DNA of 64,000 bases from Candidatus Cloacimonadales bacterium (GCA_963667035.1 OY762964.1:896001-960000), one strand, 5' to 3'. Numbered from the stretch's first letter, positions 18,747-29,247 are shown. Program-made: numbers and translations. The notes: a model not told the origin generated them from the letters alone.

Positions 18747-20801
18747 ATGAAACAATACAGTTTAGACAAGATAAGAAATATCGGTTTCTTCGGTGGAAGT
18801 GGAGCCGGTAAAACCACTTTAGCAGAACATCTTTTCAACTATGCTAAAATGACATCAAAAATAGGTAAAATAGAAGACGGCAATACAGTGTTAGACTTTG
18901 ATCCTGAAGAGATTGAAAGAAAGATGTCTTTAATGACCAGTCTCGGTTTTGTTGACTGGAAAGACTGGAGAATCAACATTGTGGATACCCCCGGAAATCC
19001 AGATATGATTGGTGACCAAACAACTGCTACTGCTGCAGTTGAAACAGCTGTTGTTGTTGCAAATGCAACCGGTGGATTTGAAGTTGGTCTTGAACAAGCT
19101 CTTGAATTGTTGGAATCAAAGAAGATAGGTAAAGCCCTTCTTGTTAATAGAATGGACAGTGAAAATGCTGATTTCAATAAAGTTATTGAACTTATATATG
19201 AAAACATGGAAATCAAAGCTGTTCCTGTAATGATACCAATCGGTGCAGAAGGAAGTTTCCGAGGTGTTGTTGACTTAGTTAAACAGAAAGCATATATTGA
19301 TAATGAGCTTACTGATATTCCTGCAGACCTTGCTGATGTTGTTGAAGAGAAAAGAATGGAATTGATGGAAAGTATTGCTGAAACTGATGAAGCATTACTT
19401 GATATATTCCTTGAAGAGATGGAACTTTCAGAAGAAAACATGGTTAACGGTATAAAGAAAGCTGTTGTCGAAGGTAACTTAATGCCAGCTTTCGCTTGTT
19501 CAGCAACAACCAGTCAAGGTATAAAAGCATTTATCGAAGGTTGTATTAACTACCTTCCTTCTCCTGCTGATGCAAAAGAAATTACCATTATAGAGAAGGG
19601 TGAAGAGAAACAAATGATAGTTTCTCCTGACGGCGATTTATTAGGTTATATTTTCAAAAGTATTGCTGATCCGGTAATGGGTGATATCGCTTATGTAAGA
19701 GTTTTCTCGGGTACATTGTCAAACGCTCTTGATGTTCTTGTCCCTGAAAAAGACGGAAAAGATAAAGTTGGAAATATGTTCTATATCATGGGTAAGAACA
19801 GAAAGGATACGACAGAACTTAAAGCCGGTGAAATTGGCGGTCTTGTTAAGCTTAAAACAGCTAAGAATCTTTGCTCAATGGTTAATCTTAACTCAAAGAT
19901 TCAATATCCTGCAGTAGAGCTTCCTTCTCCTGTTTATTGGCAAGCAATCAGGGCTGCAAATCAATCTGATGAAGATAAAATTGGTGAAGCTTTAAACAAG
20001 CTCAGTAATGAAGATCCAACTATCAGAACAGAGATTAATGCCGAAACTCATGAGAATGTAGTTTCAGGTATGGGCTCACAGCAGATTGCATTGTTACAGA
20101 AGAAACTTAAAGCTAGATATAAAGTTGAAGCTCTTCTTCAAAACCCAAGAGTTGCTTACAAAGAAACTCTTACCGGTAGTTCTGATGTTAAGTATAGACA
20201 TAAAAAGCAATCAGGTGGTAAAGGACAGTTTGGTGAAGTTTATTTTAGAGTTAAACCAAGACAACGCGGTGAAGGCTTTGAATTTATCAATGCTATCGTT
20301 GGTGGTGTAATTCCATCAAACTACATTCCTGCAGTTGAGAAAGGTTTGCATGAGTCATTGAAGAAAGGTATTGTTGCAGGTTATGAAATTGTTGATATCT
20401 CTGTTGAGCTTTACTTTGGTTCTTATCATGATGTGGATTCATCTGAAATGGCTTTCAAAATTGCTTCTTCTCAGTGTCTTAAACTTGCCTTCGATGAAGC
20501 AAAACCAGTTCTTCTTGAACCCATTATGATAGCTAATATCATCATCCCTAATGAATACATGGGTGATGTAATGGGTGATATCTCTACTAGAAGAGGTAAG
20601 ATTATGGGAATGGAACAAATCGGCCGTAAACAAATTCTCAAAGCTCAGCTTCCTCAAAGTGAGTTGTTTGCTTACTTCCCATCATTAAAATCACTTACAC
20701 AGGGACGCGGAAGATTCACTAATGAATTCTCACATTATGAAAGAGTTCCTGCAGATAATGCAAAGAAGATTATCGCAGAAGCTAATTCTGATCATGAATA
20801 G
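18747..20801 (+). CDS. fusA: Elongation factor G paralogue (EF-G2/FusA2 type)
   Basis: EF-G domains (KKQSGGKGQFG, GSYHDVDSSEMAF, GDVMGDI) with divergent G1 GGSGAGKTT, G3 DTPGN, G4 NRMD. Confidence 0.9.
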   Translation: MKQYSLDKIRNIGFFGGSGAGKTTLAEHLFNYAKMTSKIGKIEDGNTVLDFDPEEIERKMSLMTSLGFVDWKDWRINIVDTPGNPDMIGDQTTATAAVETAVVVANATGGFEVGLEQALELLESKKIGKALLVNRMDSENADFNKVIELIYENMEIKAVPVMIPIGAEGSFRGVVDLVKQKAYIDNELTDIPADLADVVEEKRMELMESIAETDEALLDIFLEEMELSEENMVNGIKKAVVEGNLMPAFACSATTSQGIKAFIEGCINYLPSPADAKEITIIEKGEEKQMIVSPDGDLLGYIFKSIADPVMGDIAYVRVFSGTLSNALDVLVPEKDGKDKVGNMFYIMGKNRKDTTELKAGEIGGLVKLKTAKNLCSMVNLNSKIQYPAVELPSPVYWQAIRAANQSDEDKIGEALNKLSNEDPTIRTEINAETHENVVSGMGSQQIALLQKKLKARYKVEALLQNPRVAYKETLTGSSDVKYRHKKQSGGKGQFGEVYFRVKPRQRGEGFEFINAIVGGVIPSNYIPAVEKGLHESLKKGIVAGYEIVDISVELYFGSYHDVDSSEMAFKIASSQCLKLAFDEAKPVLLEPIMIANIIIPNEYMGDVMGDISTRRGKIMGMEQIGRKQILKAQLPQSELFAYFPSLKSLTQGRGRFTNEFSHYERVPADNAKKIIAEANSDHE

Positions 20802-20843
20802 TAAAAAATAGCTTTACAAGTTATGATATTATAAAGATAATTC

Positions 20844-20870
20844 CGGGAGGTAGAAATGCCTCCCGATTTT
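20844..20870 (+). terminator. Intrinsic terminator
   Basis: cgggaggta-GAAA-tgcctcccg followed by atttt. Confidence 0.75.
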
Positions 20871-20899
20871 AGTAAAAATTTACAAATGAGGTAATACAA

Positions 20900-21646
20900 A
20901 TGTCAGGACATAATAAGTGGAGTTCAATTAAGCATAAGAAAGGTGCGGCAGATGCAAAAAGAGGCAAACTGTTCACACGTATAGTAAAAGAAATCATTGT
21001 AGCTGCAAAACAAGGTGGGGGTGATTTAGAATCTAATCCTGCTCTTAGAACTGCAGTAGGATTAGCAAAGCAAAACAACATGCCTAAGGATAACATAGAG
21101 AGAGCTATAAAACGCGGTACCGGCGAACTTGAAGGTGTTAGCTATGATAATATCACCTACGAAGGATATGGTCAAAATGGTGTTGCTATTATCGTAGATT
21201 GTTTAACCGATAATAAAAATAGAACTGTTGCCGAGATTAGACATACTTTTTCTAAATACGGCGGATCAATGGCTGAGAGTGGGTCCGTTTCTTGGAATTT
21301 CGAAAACAAAGGCTTCTTCACAATTGCTAAAGGTGATCTTGACGAGGACGAAGTGATGATGGAGCTCTTAGAAGCTGGTGCTGCCGATGTAGTTATCGAA
21401 GATGATACTATTCTTGTTTATACTGAACAAAGCGATTTCCATAGATGTCTTTCTGAAGTGGAAGGATTAGGATATAGCTGTGAAAACGCTGAGTTGACTA
21501 AAATACCTAAGTCAACTGTCAATGCTGATGAAGTAGCTGAGAAACTTATGAAATTAATCGATATGCTCGAAGATTGCGATGATGTTCAGAAAGTTTACTC
21601 AAACTACGAGATTTCAGAAGATATATTAGAACAATTAGCTGAATAA
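20900..21646 (+). CDS. yebC: YebC/PmpR family protein
   Basis: MSGHNKWSSIKHKKG, YEGYG, LTDNKNRT, DDVQKVYSN. Confidence 0.96.
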   Translation: MSGHNKWSSIKHKKGAADAKRGKLFTRIVKEIIVAAKQGGGDLESNPALRTAVGLAKQNNMPKDNIERAIKRGTGELEGVSYDNITYEGYGQNGVAIIVDCLTDNKNRTVAEIRHTFSKYGGSMAESGSVSWNFENKGFFTIAKGDLDEDEVMMELLEAGAADVVIEDDTILVYTEQSDFHRCLSEVEGLGYSCENAELTKIPKSTVNADEVAEKLMKLIDMLEDCDDVQKVYSNYEISEDILEQLAE

Positions 21647-21651
21647 GGTTT

Positions 21652-22131
21652 GTGGTAATACTAGGTATTGATCCGGGGAGTATTAAGTGCGGATATGGTC
21701 TTTTAGACCTTAAGAAGAGAACTATAATAGCTGCAGGAGCGGATGTTATAAGGACTCGTCCTACTGAAGCCTTGAGTGTTCGGATTAATGTGATTTATAA
21801 TCAAATCTCAAAGATTATTGAAGAATATAAGCCGGATGTTGTGGCTGTAGAATCCATATTTCACGGCAAAAATATACAGTCAGCTTTTACATTGGGTCAT
21901 GCCAGAGGTGTAATACTTCTGGCTATTGCTCAACATAATAAACAATTTTTAGAATATTCTCCCAGAGAAGTCAAAAAGGCTGTTACAGGTAATGGTAATG
22001 CATCCAAACAACAAGTTCGTTATATGGTTGAGCAAATGTTGAAACTCAAGAGTATTCCTGAATCTGAAGATGCTTATGATGCATTAGCTGTTGCTCTATG
22101 TCACTATAATAAAGTAAAGTTTGATTTATAA
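21652..22131 (+). CDS. ruvC: Holliday junction resolvase RuvC
   Basis: ILGIDPG, LGHARGV, GNGNASKQQV, DALAVALCH. Confidence 0.96.
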   Translation: MVILGIDPGSIKCGYGLLDLKKRTIIAAGADVIRTRPTEALSVRINVIYNQISKIIEEYKPDVVAVESIFHGKNIQSAFTLGHARGVILLAIAQHNKQFLEYSPREVKKAVTGNGNASKQQVRYMVEQMLKLKSIPESEDAYDALAVALCHYNKVKFDL

Positions 22132-22135
22132 GAAT

Positions 22136-22735
22136 ATGTATGAATATTTAAGAGGAATTCTTACTGTAAAGGAACCTGAATATGCTGTCGTTGATGTCAA
22201 TGGGATAGGTTTCTATGTCTCAATACCACTAAGTACTTTTGAAAAACTACCGCAAATCAATAACGAAACATTACTTCATATACACTACCATCAAAGTCAA
22301 GATTCAGTAAGACTTTTCGGATTTTTAGAACCAAGTGAGAGGAAAATGTTCCGTCTTCTTTTATCTACTTCAGGAGTTGGTCCCAAGTTAGCTTTAGCTG
22401 TACTATCAACATTATCGGTAGGAAGAATTGTAAGTTCGATACTGGAAGGTGATTCCAAAACAATTTCAACCGTTCCGGGATTGGGTAAGAAGACTGCTCA
22501 AAAGCTGATAGTGGAATTAAAGGATAAAGTTGACACTATAAGCGGTTTAGAACAATCGTCTGACGATTCGATTCATAGTGAAGTATTTCTTTCTGCGGAA
22601 ACAGCATTAGTCAATTTAGGCTATATAAAATACGAAGTGAGAAAGTCATTGAAATTTCTGACAGAACAAAAGAGTTACAATGATGTAGAGAAATTAATCA
22701 AGGATGCAATAAAACAGCTTTATAGAAAAGGTTGA
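22136..22735 (+). CDS. ruvA: Holliday junction branch migration protein RuvA
   Basis: DVNGIGF, LFGF, SGVGPKLAL, VPGLGKKTA..IVELKDK. Confidence 0.95.
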   Translation: MYEYLRGILTVKEPEYAVVDVNGIGFYVSIPLSTFEKLPQINNETLLHIHYHQSQDSVRLFGFLEPSERKMFRLLLSTSGVGPKLALAVLSTLSVGRIVSSILEGDSKTISTVPGLGKKTAQKLIVELKDKVDTISGLEQSSDDSIHSEVFLSAETALVNLGYIKYEVRKSLKFLTEQKSYNDVEKLIKDAIKQLYRKG

Positions 22736-22736
22736 A

Positions 22737-24059
22737 ATGATAAACGAAAGACTTGAAGCATATAAAGTGATAAAAAAAGTTTTAAAAAGTAATGAGTTTT
22801 CAGACTCATTGCTTCATGCAAGTGCAAAGAAAATCCGTAAAGATAACGGTGATTCCAATCTCTTTTACACTCTCGTAAAGGGTGTAATCAAAATGAGAAA
22901 TAATCTGGAGTATATTGCCGGAACGTTAACTAATCAAGATAAGTATTCAAAGACAGATATACAGATTAAAGTCTGGTTGTATATAGGACTTTATCAGTTG
23001 ATATATATGGATGCAGTTCCTGAGTACGCTGCGGTTAATGAAACAGTGGAGCTTGCTAAAACAAATTTGAACCCAAAGACTGCGGATTTTATTAATGCAG
23101 TACTTAGAAACTACCTGAGAACACCGGGTATAAAGTTTCCCACTGATCCGGTACGAAGAATCTCAGTTGAGCATTCTTATCCGGAGGATATAATTAAGAG
23201 ATGGATTGATTTGTGGGGAGAAGAAGAAGCTGAATATCTTGCAATATATTTTAATGATATACCTAAATTGCATGTTAGAGTAAACGAGGTAGCTACAACA
23301 ACTCCTAAACTAATAAACTATTTTAAAACAAAACACCAGTTGAATTTTGCTATTAGTAACTTTATCCCCCAGATGTTAGTTACAGAATCTGCATCAGAAG
23401 TCTTACAGGATGTAGCTTTTGAAGAAGGTTATTATTCAATTCAAGACACTGCCGCCGCAGGTGTTGTACAACTTTTAGACCCTAAAGAAAATGAAAATAT
23501 TCTAGATATGTTTGCTGCTCCCGGAGGTAAAGCAACATTCATTGCAGAAAGAATGAATAACACCGGAGAAGTTATTGCAATCGACAAAAGCCCTTCCAAA
23601 GTAAAGAAAATTAAGCAAGCTGCTGAGAGATTACAGTTAACTAACATCAAGACAATTATATCAGATGCTCTTAGCTACGGTCCTTTAGCTCCTGCTTATG
23701 ACAGGGTTTTATTGGATGTTCCTTGTACTGGCTGGGGAGTGTTCGGAAGAAAGGCAGAATTAAGATGGCAAGAGCATCAGGATATCAAGAATATTTTAAA
23801 AATACAGGCTAAGGCACTAGATTATGGTTCTCAATTCGTAAAGAAGGGTGGTTTTCTTGTATATTCTACCTGTACAATGAATCCGGATGAGAATCAGAAC
23901 CAGATAATGAAATTCCTTGCTTCTCACAAAAACTTTGCATTGGTCTCAGCGACAGAGAGTATACCTTTAGCGTACACTGACAAAGAGTTTTATTTGACAA
24001 AACCACATGTCCATAATATAGATGGTGCATTCGCTGCAAAAATGCAAAAGATGAATTAG
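22737..24059 (+). CDS. rsmB: 16S rRNA m5C967 methyltransferase
   Basis: NusB-like N-terminus (AAVNETVELAK, NAVLR), AAPGGK, DVPCTG, YSTCT. Confidence 0.93.
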   Translation: MINERLEAYKVIKKVLKSNEFSDSLLHASAKKIRKDNGDSNLFYTLVKGVIKMRNNLEYIAGTLTNQDKYSKTDIQIKVWLYIGLYQLIYMDAVPEYAAVNETVELAKTNLNPKTADFINAVLRNYLRTPGIKFPTDPVRRISVEHSYPEDIIKRWIDLWGEEEAEYLAIYFNDIPKLHVRVNEVATTTPKLINYFKTKHQLNFAISNFIPQMLVTESASEVLQDVAFEEGYYSIQDTAAAGVVQLLDPKENENILDMFAAPGGKATFIAERMNNTGEVIAIDKSPSKVKKIKQAAERLQLTNIKTIISDALSYGPLAPAYDRVLLDVPCTGWGVFGRKAELRWQEHQDIKNILKIQAKALDYGSQFVKKGGFLVYSTCTMNPDENQNQIMKFLASHKNFALVSATESIPLAYTDKEFYLTKPHVHNIDGAFAAKMQKMN

Positions 24060-24069
24060 CGGAGTATAA

Positions 24070-24705
24070 ATGAACGTTACAAAGATAAAGGCATTTTTTC
24101 TATCGACAGGCTTAATGATAGGTATTCTACTTGTTACTTCAGTTTTAGTGGCAAAAGTTATACTACCTTTAGCAGTAGGAAAAGGTAGGGAAGTACTTGT
24201 ACCCTCTTTAGTTGGATATGATGTCCAGAAAGCACAGAAAATATGCTCTAAAAGCAGAATACATCTTGATGTTGTTTCTTATGAATATAGTAACGATTTT
24301 GACAGGGGTGATATCATTAGACAGAGACCTACTTCGGATAATAAGATTAAGCAGGATGGGTCTGTTAAAGTATTTGTAAGTAAAGGTCCAAGATTGATTG
24401 AAGTTCCATATCTGACTAATAAATCAATACCGGTTGCAGTAGATATGTTGCTCGATGTTAATCTGAGTTATGCAATTGCTGATTCTGCTTATTCAGAACA
24501 GATACCACAAGGTTATATTATTAATACAGTTCCTCCTTCTGGAACTAGAGTTAAATTGAAATCAGATGTTAAATTGAATATAAGTAGAGGTCGTAAAATA
24601 GTGATAGACTCTCTATTATACAAGGATAAAACAGATATATCGATTGAGCAGATGGATTCATTAATTGATTCATTAAGGCAGTCAGATAAACAAAGAAAAT
24701 TTTAG
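24070..24705 (+). CDS. PASTA domain-containing membrane protein
   Basis: N-terminal TM; VPSLVG...GDIIRQRP...VSKG and a second repeat VPYL...GYIINTVP...ISRG. Confidence 0.85.
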   Translation: MNVTKIKAFFLSTGLMIGILLVTSVLVAKVILPLAVGKGREVLVPSLVGYDVQKAQKICSKSRIHLDVVSYEYSNDFDRGDIIRQRPTSDNKIKQDGSVKVFVSKGPRLIEVPYLTNKSIPVAVDMLLDVNLSYAIADSAYSEQIPQGYIINTVPPSGTRVKLKSDVKLNISRGRKIVIDSLLYKDKTDISIEQMDSLIDSLRQSDKQRKF

Positions 24706-24714
24706 GGCGTTATT

Positions 24715-25635
24715 ATGAGAAAGATTCTCTTTATAGGTTTGTTAGCTTTAGGTACGGTTTCTCTCTTTGCAAGTAAAATTGACACATCCCTCAATAAACT
24801 TCACTATAACGGATTAAAGAGACTGGTCAGAAGAGTTTATATTATAACTCAAGATTTTGGACAAGACACTGAATATCTTGATACCAGAGACTACTGTTAC
24901 TTTAATGATAAGGGTGAAATTGAGCACATTGACTCTTATCTTGCAAATACTGCTGTAGATTCTAAAACAATATATAAGAGAACTTTCGATCCTAAGAGAA
25001 TAGAACGACTCAAATACAATAAATTCAATGATCTTGAAGGTCGTGAAGTGGAAATATGGAACGACAGGACAGGTGAATATTCTTACACTAAATATGGTGG
25101 ATATACTAATATTGTGGAGAGAGTTACTGCATTAACCGATACAGTTAAAAAGGTCGTCACCGAGTATTTTTACGATGAAGTGGGTGAGTATCCTTTATAC
25201 ACAACAAGATCAGAACTAAATGACTTCGGAAGAGAAACCAAGAAAGTAGAACTTAACAAATATAATGAACCTGTTTTGTACTACGAGAAGAGCTATAACG
25301 AATTAGGATTGATTTCCGAAGAGCGTAAGTTAACTTATAAAGATAGTTTGGTAGAATACACTAATTATACTTACAACAATCGTGGCAAGATTTCAAGAGT
25401 TGCTTCATTCAACGGTTTAAACAAAATGATTGCTTTGCATGAGAATCTATACGATGTTGAGAATAGACTTGTAGAAGAACTATTTTATGAGATAAACCCA
25501 CGTCATGGTGTGATTCCTATATTAAAGAAAGTTCATAGATATGATTATGAAGAGACTAGAAAGTATAAGAGTAAAATGAGCAAGATAAGAAAGAAGCGTC
25601 AGAAGGAATATGAAAAGAGTCGCAGAAAGAAATAA
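24715..25635 (+). CDS. Exported protein with YD-like beta-hairpin repeats and a basic tail
   Basis: Signal peptide; repeats FNDKGEI, LNDFGRE, YNELGLI, YNNRGKI, YDVENRL. Confidence 0.6.
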   Translation: MRKILFIGLLALGTVSLFASKIDTSLNKLHYNGLKRLVRRVYIITQDFGQDTEYLDTRDYCYFNDKGEIEHIDSYLANTAVDSKTIYKRTFDPKRIERLKYNKFNDLEGREVEIWNDRTGEYSYTKYGGYTNIVERVTALTDTVKKVVTEYFYDEVGEYPLYTTRSELNDFGRETKKVELNKYNEPVLYYEKSYNELGLISEERKLTYKDSLVEYTNYTYNNRGKISRVASFNGLNKMIALHENLYDVENRLVEELFYEINPRHGVIPILKKVHRYDYEETRKYKSKMSKIRKKRQKEYEKSRRKK

Positions 25636-25650
25636 TTAATAGATATTTTA

Positions 25651-25683
25651 AAATGGGTACAGATAAGTTATCTGTACCCATTT
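25651..25683. repeat. 33-bp palindromic target duplication, left copy (terminator hairpin)
   Basis: aaatgggtacagataa-g-ttatctgtacccattt, identical to 27346-27378. Confidence 0.92.
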
Positions 25684-27345
25684 CAGACTGTTGACAAAGC
25701 TATGAGTAAGATTTCATAGCTTTGTCTTTTTTTAGCTTAAAATAAGAACATCAATCATTGACAAAAACCCCCTTAGTTTATACTTAAACCATCATAATTA
25801 GAGGTGGTTATGCTTAAAAAAGTTTCTGACACACAGTCCCAAATGGAATTTGTAATAATAGATGATCTTGTCCCGGAAGATCATATTCTACGCAAGATTG
25901 ACAGGGTAATAGATTTTAGTTTTATTATGGACCGAACTGCTCATTTGTATTGCCCCGACAACGGTCGTCCCCCAGTGCATCCCATAACTTTCTTCAAAAT
26001 GCTTTTTATTGGTTATCTATTTGGTATCCGTTCTGAGCGACAACTAATCAGAGAGATTCAGGTCAATGTAGCATATCGCTGGTTCTTAGGGTATGGGCTT
26101 ACTGATAAAATACCGAGTCATTCTCTCTTCAGCCAGAATCGTCGCAGACGCTTTACTGATAGCACTGTTTTTGAAGAGATTTTCATTGATATTGTAAAAC
26201 TTGGTATCGAGAATGGTTTGGTAGATGGCAAGGTTCTTTATAGCGATTCAACTCATCTGAAAGCTAATGCTAATAAAGGCAAATATGAATCAATTAAAGT
26301 AGAGACCACACCTCAGAGTTATCTTGAAGATCTAAATAAAACAGTGGATGAAAACCGAAAAGCTCACGGTAAGAAGCCACTCCCACCTAAAGACAATGAC
26401 TTTAAAGGCGGTTCGTCACCCAAAGTTAAAGAGATTAAGTCTAGTAAAACAGATCCTGACAGTGGTTTCATGACGCGAGACAAGAAACCACAAGGTTTCT
26501 TCTATCTTGATCATAGAACCGTAGATCCTAAAGTAAACTTCATAACAGATGTTCATATTACCGCCGGCAATGTGAATGACAGTTCTTGCTATATTGATAG
26601 GCTAAAAGTGCAGCAAGAGCGTTTTGGTTTTGATGTCCTGGCAGTAGGTCTTGATGCCGGGTATGATACAGCTAATATATGCAAAGAATTAGTAGATATG
26701 GGAATCATGGGAGTAATAGGTTATCGTCGACTTGGAGGTAAAAAAGGTCTTTTCAAGAAGCGTGATTTTAAGTTCATTTCAGATAGAGACATATACATCT
26801 GTCCAGAAGGGAAAGAGCTTAAATATCGAACAACAAACCGTAACGGTTATGATGAATATGCATCCGAGAGTAGCTATTGTAAAAACTGTCCAATGCTTAA
26901 CAAATGCACCGAGAGCAAGAACCATCAAAAAGTTATCATGCGTCATGTATGGGAAGACAGTAGAGAGATTATCCATAAAAACAGGTTAACCTTTTGTGGC
27001 AAAGAGATATACAAAAAACGAAAAGAAACCATTGAGAGAAGCTTTGCAAATGCAAAGCAACTTCATGGTTATCGGTATGCGAAATATCGAGGTATAGAAC
27101 GAGTTCGAGAACAAGCATATATGACATCAGTAGTTCAAAACATAAAGAAACTGGTTAAATACCTTTTCAATGGCATATCAGGGAAAGTGGCATCAATGTT
27201 ATTAGCTTTTTATGTTAATATATGCTCTGGTTTAGACGAATATAGAGCTAAATCTCATTATCCTGATATTGTACTCAACTAATCAGAAATAAACTTACAA
27301 TGTAAAAACCCAGTCATTTTCATAACTGGGTTTGTAAACGGTCTG
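25684..27345 (+). mobile_element. IS1182-family insertion sequence
   Basis: Terminal IRs cagactgttgacaaa (25684-25698) / tttgtaaacggtctg (27331-27345), 13/15; internal hairpins at both ends; single transposase. Confidence 0.93.
25810..27282 (+). CDS. IS1182-family DDE transposase
   Basis: LVPEDHILRKID, GRPP, GIRSERQL, YRWFLG, DSTHLKANA, DAGY, CPEG, RKETIERSFANAKQLHG; GAGGTG RBS. Confidence 0.96.
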   Translation: MLKKVSDTQSQMEFVIIDDLVPEDHILRKIDRVIDFSFIMDRTAHLYCPDNGRPPVHPITFFKMLFIGYLFGIRSERQLIREIQVNVAYRWFLGYGLTDKIPSHSLFSQNRRRRFTDSTVFEEIFIDIVKLGIENGLVDGKVLYSDSTHLKANANKGKYESIKVETTPQSYLEDLNKTVDENRKAHGKKPLPPKDNDFKGGSSPKVKEIKSSKTDPDSGFMTRDKKPQGFFYLDHRTVDPKVNFITDVHITAGNVNDSSCYIDRLKVQQERFGFDVLAVGLDAGYDTANICKELVDMGIMGVIGYRRLGGKKGLFKKRDFKFISDRDIYICPEGKELKYRTTNRNGYDEYASESSYCKNCPMLNKCTESKNHQKVIMRHVWEDSREIIHKNRLTFCGKEIYKKRKETIERSFANAKQLHGYRYAKYRGIERVREQAYMTSVVQNIKKLVKYLFNGISGKVASMLLAFYVNICSGLDEYRAKSHYPDIVLN

Positions 27346-27378
27346 AAATGGGTACAGATAAGTTATCTGTACCCATTT
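27346..27378. repeat. 33-bp palindromic target duplication, right copy
   Basis: Identical to 25651-25683; lies just downstream of the convergent gene ending at 27390. Confidence 0.92.
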
Positions 27379-27389
27379 TTATTTACTTA

Positions 27390-29201
27390 TCATTTGATTT
27401 TCAACATACGAGAATCTGCATTAGCTTCTTGATTCGGTCCTATAAAACTGATAGTATGTGTACTCGAATCCCAGTTAAACGGTTCATTATTGTAATGATT
27501 ATACATCGAATCCTTCTTTGAATTCAGAAATGTTACAATATCCTCATTGTTAAGATTGAGTTTTTTAATATGGGCAATTGCCTTTAGCATATACAATCTT
27601 ACTTGTAAATCTCTAATCTTTACCGGATAAGAGTGATACGCAGCTAAGTAGTTCTTAGAAAAAATGACTCCTAAAGGATTATACATTGTCTCAAAGAATG
27701 AGTATTTTGGTACATCTGATATACCATACAACTTCATCATTTTGTATGTTGGTAACTCAGAATAATCTGCATTACTGTCATGATATAGATAAGTATGATT
27801 TATTATGTTGTTAGCTTTGAAGAATAATGGATTTGCTTGTGAAATTTCTTCCGGTGATATCGAATAATCCGTTATAGCTTCCGGTGAGTTTAGCATTCTA
27901 CTAATAAAAGCAACAGTGCAATTATATTCATGCATATAGGCTTCACGAATACTCAATGCTTCTCTCGAATAATCTGTCATGTTTTGTACATAGTCGTATA
28001 AGCGATAATCAATATCATTTTCATAGTTCAATAATTGATTTACTCCATTCTGGTGAATATACATCATAATACATGCAACCAGTTTGTTTATCAAGGTATC
28101 AGATTTCTCAAGTAAATTCATGCAAACAGCTTCTTCTTTTTTCATCAGATTGATAGCATTATCTATATTACCCCGCATATATTCATCAACAAAGTTAAAG
28201 ACATATAATCTTTCATAAACAATGAGGGGTAGCATAATGGGGGCAGGTGAGATAATATCGGGAATAATCTTGCTGTTAAAACTTTTATACTCGCTGAGTT
28301 TATGGTACCTTTCCTCCATGTAACTATACTTCTGATAATACTGCTTAATGAAATCACTGTTTTCTTTTGTGAAATTAAGGAATTCTTCACTATCTACGGA
28401 ACTTAAAATGTTTAACTCTTCATCTAGAGAGTCATGAACAGTTTTAATACTACTCATCATGTTAAGAATGCTTGAGCTTGTTTTCTCTTCTAATGCAGAG
28501 ATAATCTGTTCATTCATTTCAGTAGTTCTTTTAAAGCCTTCCTCAAAAGGACTCATATTCTCTTGCACTCCGAAAGCAATAAGAGCATAGAATCCGTTTT
28601 CTTGGGGATTGGTGTCAGGAGAGAAGTCTCTTAAAGCCTCTGTTGCTTCTTTTGTTAATGGCTCTTCATATTGCCAGACAAAATTAACTACTATTAGTAT
28701 TAGAATTGACAGCACAACTATTACTTTCCCTACTTTCCATCTTGATACATCTGTATTTGTCGGTTCATGAATGAATCTTCCATCGTCTTTTGAAGGTATT
28801 ACAATTGTATTGGATAGTTTGTCAGCAAAGGTTTGTTTTCTTGAATCAAACAAAGCCCAAAGAAAACCTATTAACAGTGAGAACCAAGATAAAAAGAATA
28901 CTGCATATCTAACTATTATCTTTATGAAACTAGGTCTATCATGAGATTCAATACTAACAACTTTAAGTTTGCAAATCATCATACCAAGAGTTGCACCTAA
29001 ACTCTTCCACAAAGCAATAGTATAAATTGCAGGAATTATGAATATCAGTAATATACAAGTTAATTGTAAGCTGACTCCTGTAAGATATCCTTCTCTTAGG
29101 TAATGTTGAACCGGTATTTGTAATGCTAACCAAAGAACTAAATCAATTAAGAAAGCACATACTCTTCTTATTATTAAAACTCTACTAGAAAATTCTTTCA
29201 T
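27390..29201 (-). CDS. RDD-domain membrane protein fused to a large extracytoplasmic helical domain (paralogue 2)
   Basis: RRVCAFLID, GATLG, DSRKQTFADKLSNTIV RDD motifs; colinear similarity to 29328-31148. Confidence 0.85.
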   Translation of the reverse strand: MKEFSSRVLIIRRVCAFLIDLVLWLALQIPVQHYLREGYLTGVSLQLTCILLIFIIPAIYTIALWKSLGATLGMMICKLKVVSIESHDRPSFIKIIVRYAVFFLSWFSLLIGFLWALFDSRKQTFADKLSNTIVIPSKDDGRFIHEPTNTDVSRWKVGKVIVVLSILILIVVNFVWQYEEPLTKEATEALRDFSPDTNPQENGFYALIAFGVQENMSPFEEGFKRTTEMNEQIISALEEKTSSSILNMMSSIKTVHDSLDEELNILSSVDSEEFLNFTKENSDFIKQYYQKYSYMEERYHKLSEYKSFNSKIIPDIISPAPIMLPLIVYERLYVFNFVDEYMRGNIDNAINLMKKEEAVCMNLLEKSDTLINKLVACIMMYIHQNGVNQLLNYENDIDYRLYDYVQNMTDYSREALSIREAYMHEYNCTVAFISRMLNSPEAITDYSISPEEISQANPLFFKANNIINHTYLYHDSNADYSELPTYKMMKLYGISDVPKYSFFETMYNPLGVIFSKNYLAAYHSYPVKIRDLQVRLYMLKAIAHIKKLNLNNEDIVTFLNSKKDSMYNHYNNEPFNWDSSTHTISFIGPNQEANADSRMLKIK

Positions 29202-29247
29202 TATTCCTCCTTATTATAGAATTGAAAATCTTCTTTATTATGGAGAT

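Noticed and set aside
24715..25635. RHS/YD toxin
   Set aside because: Only 306 aa, with no RHS core motif, toxin tip or immunity gene
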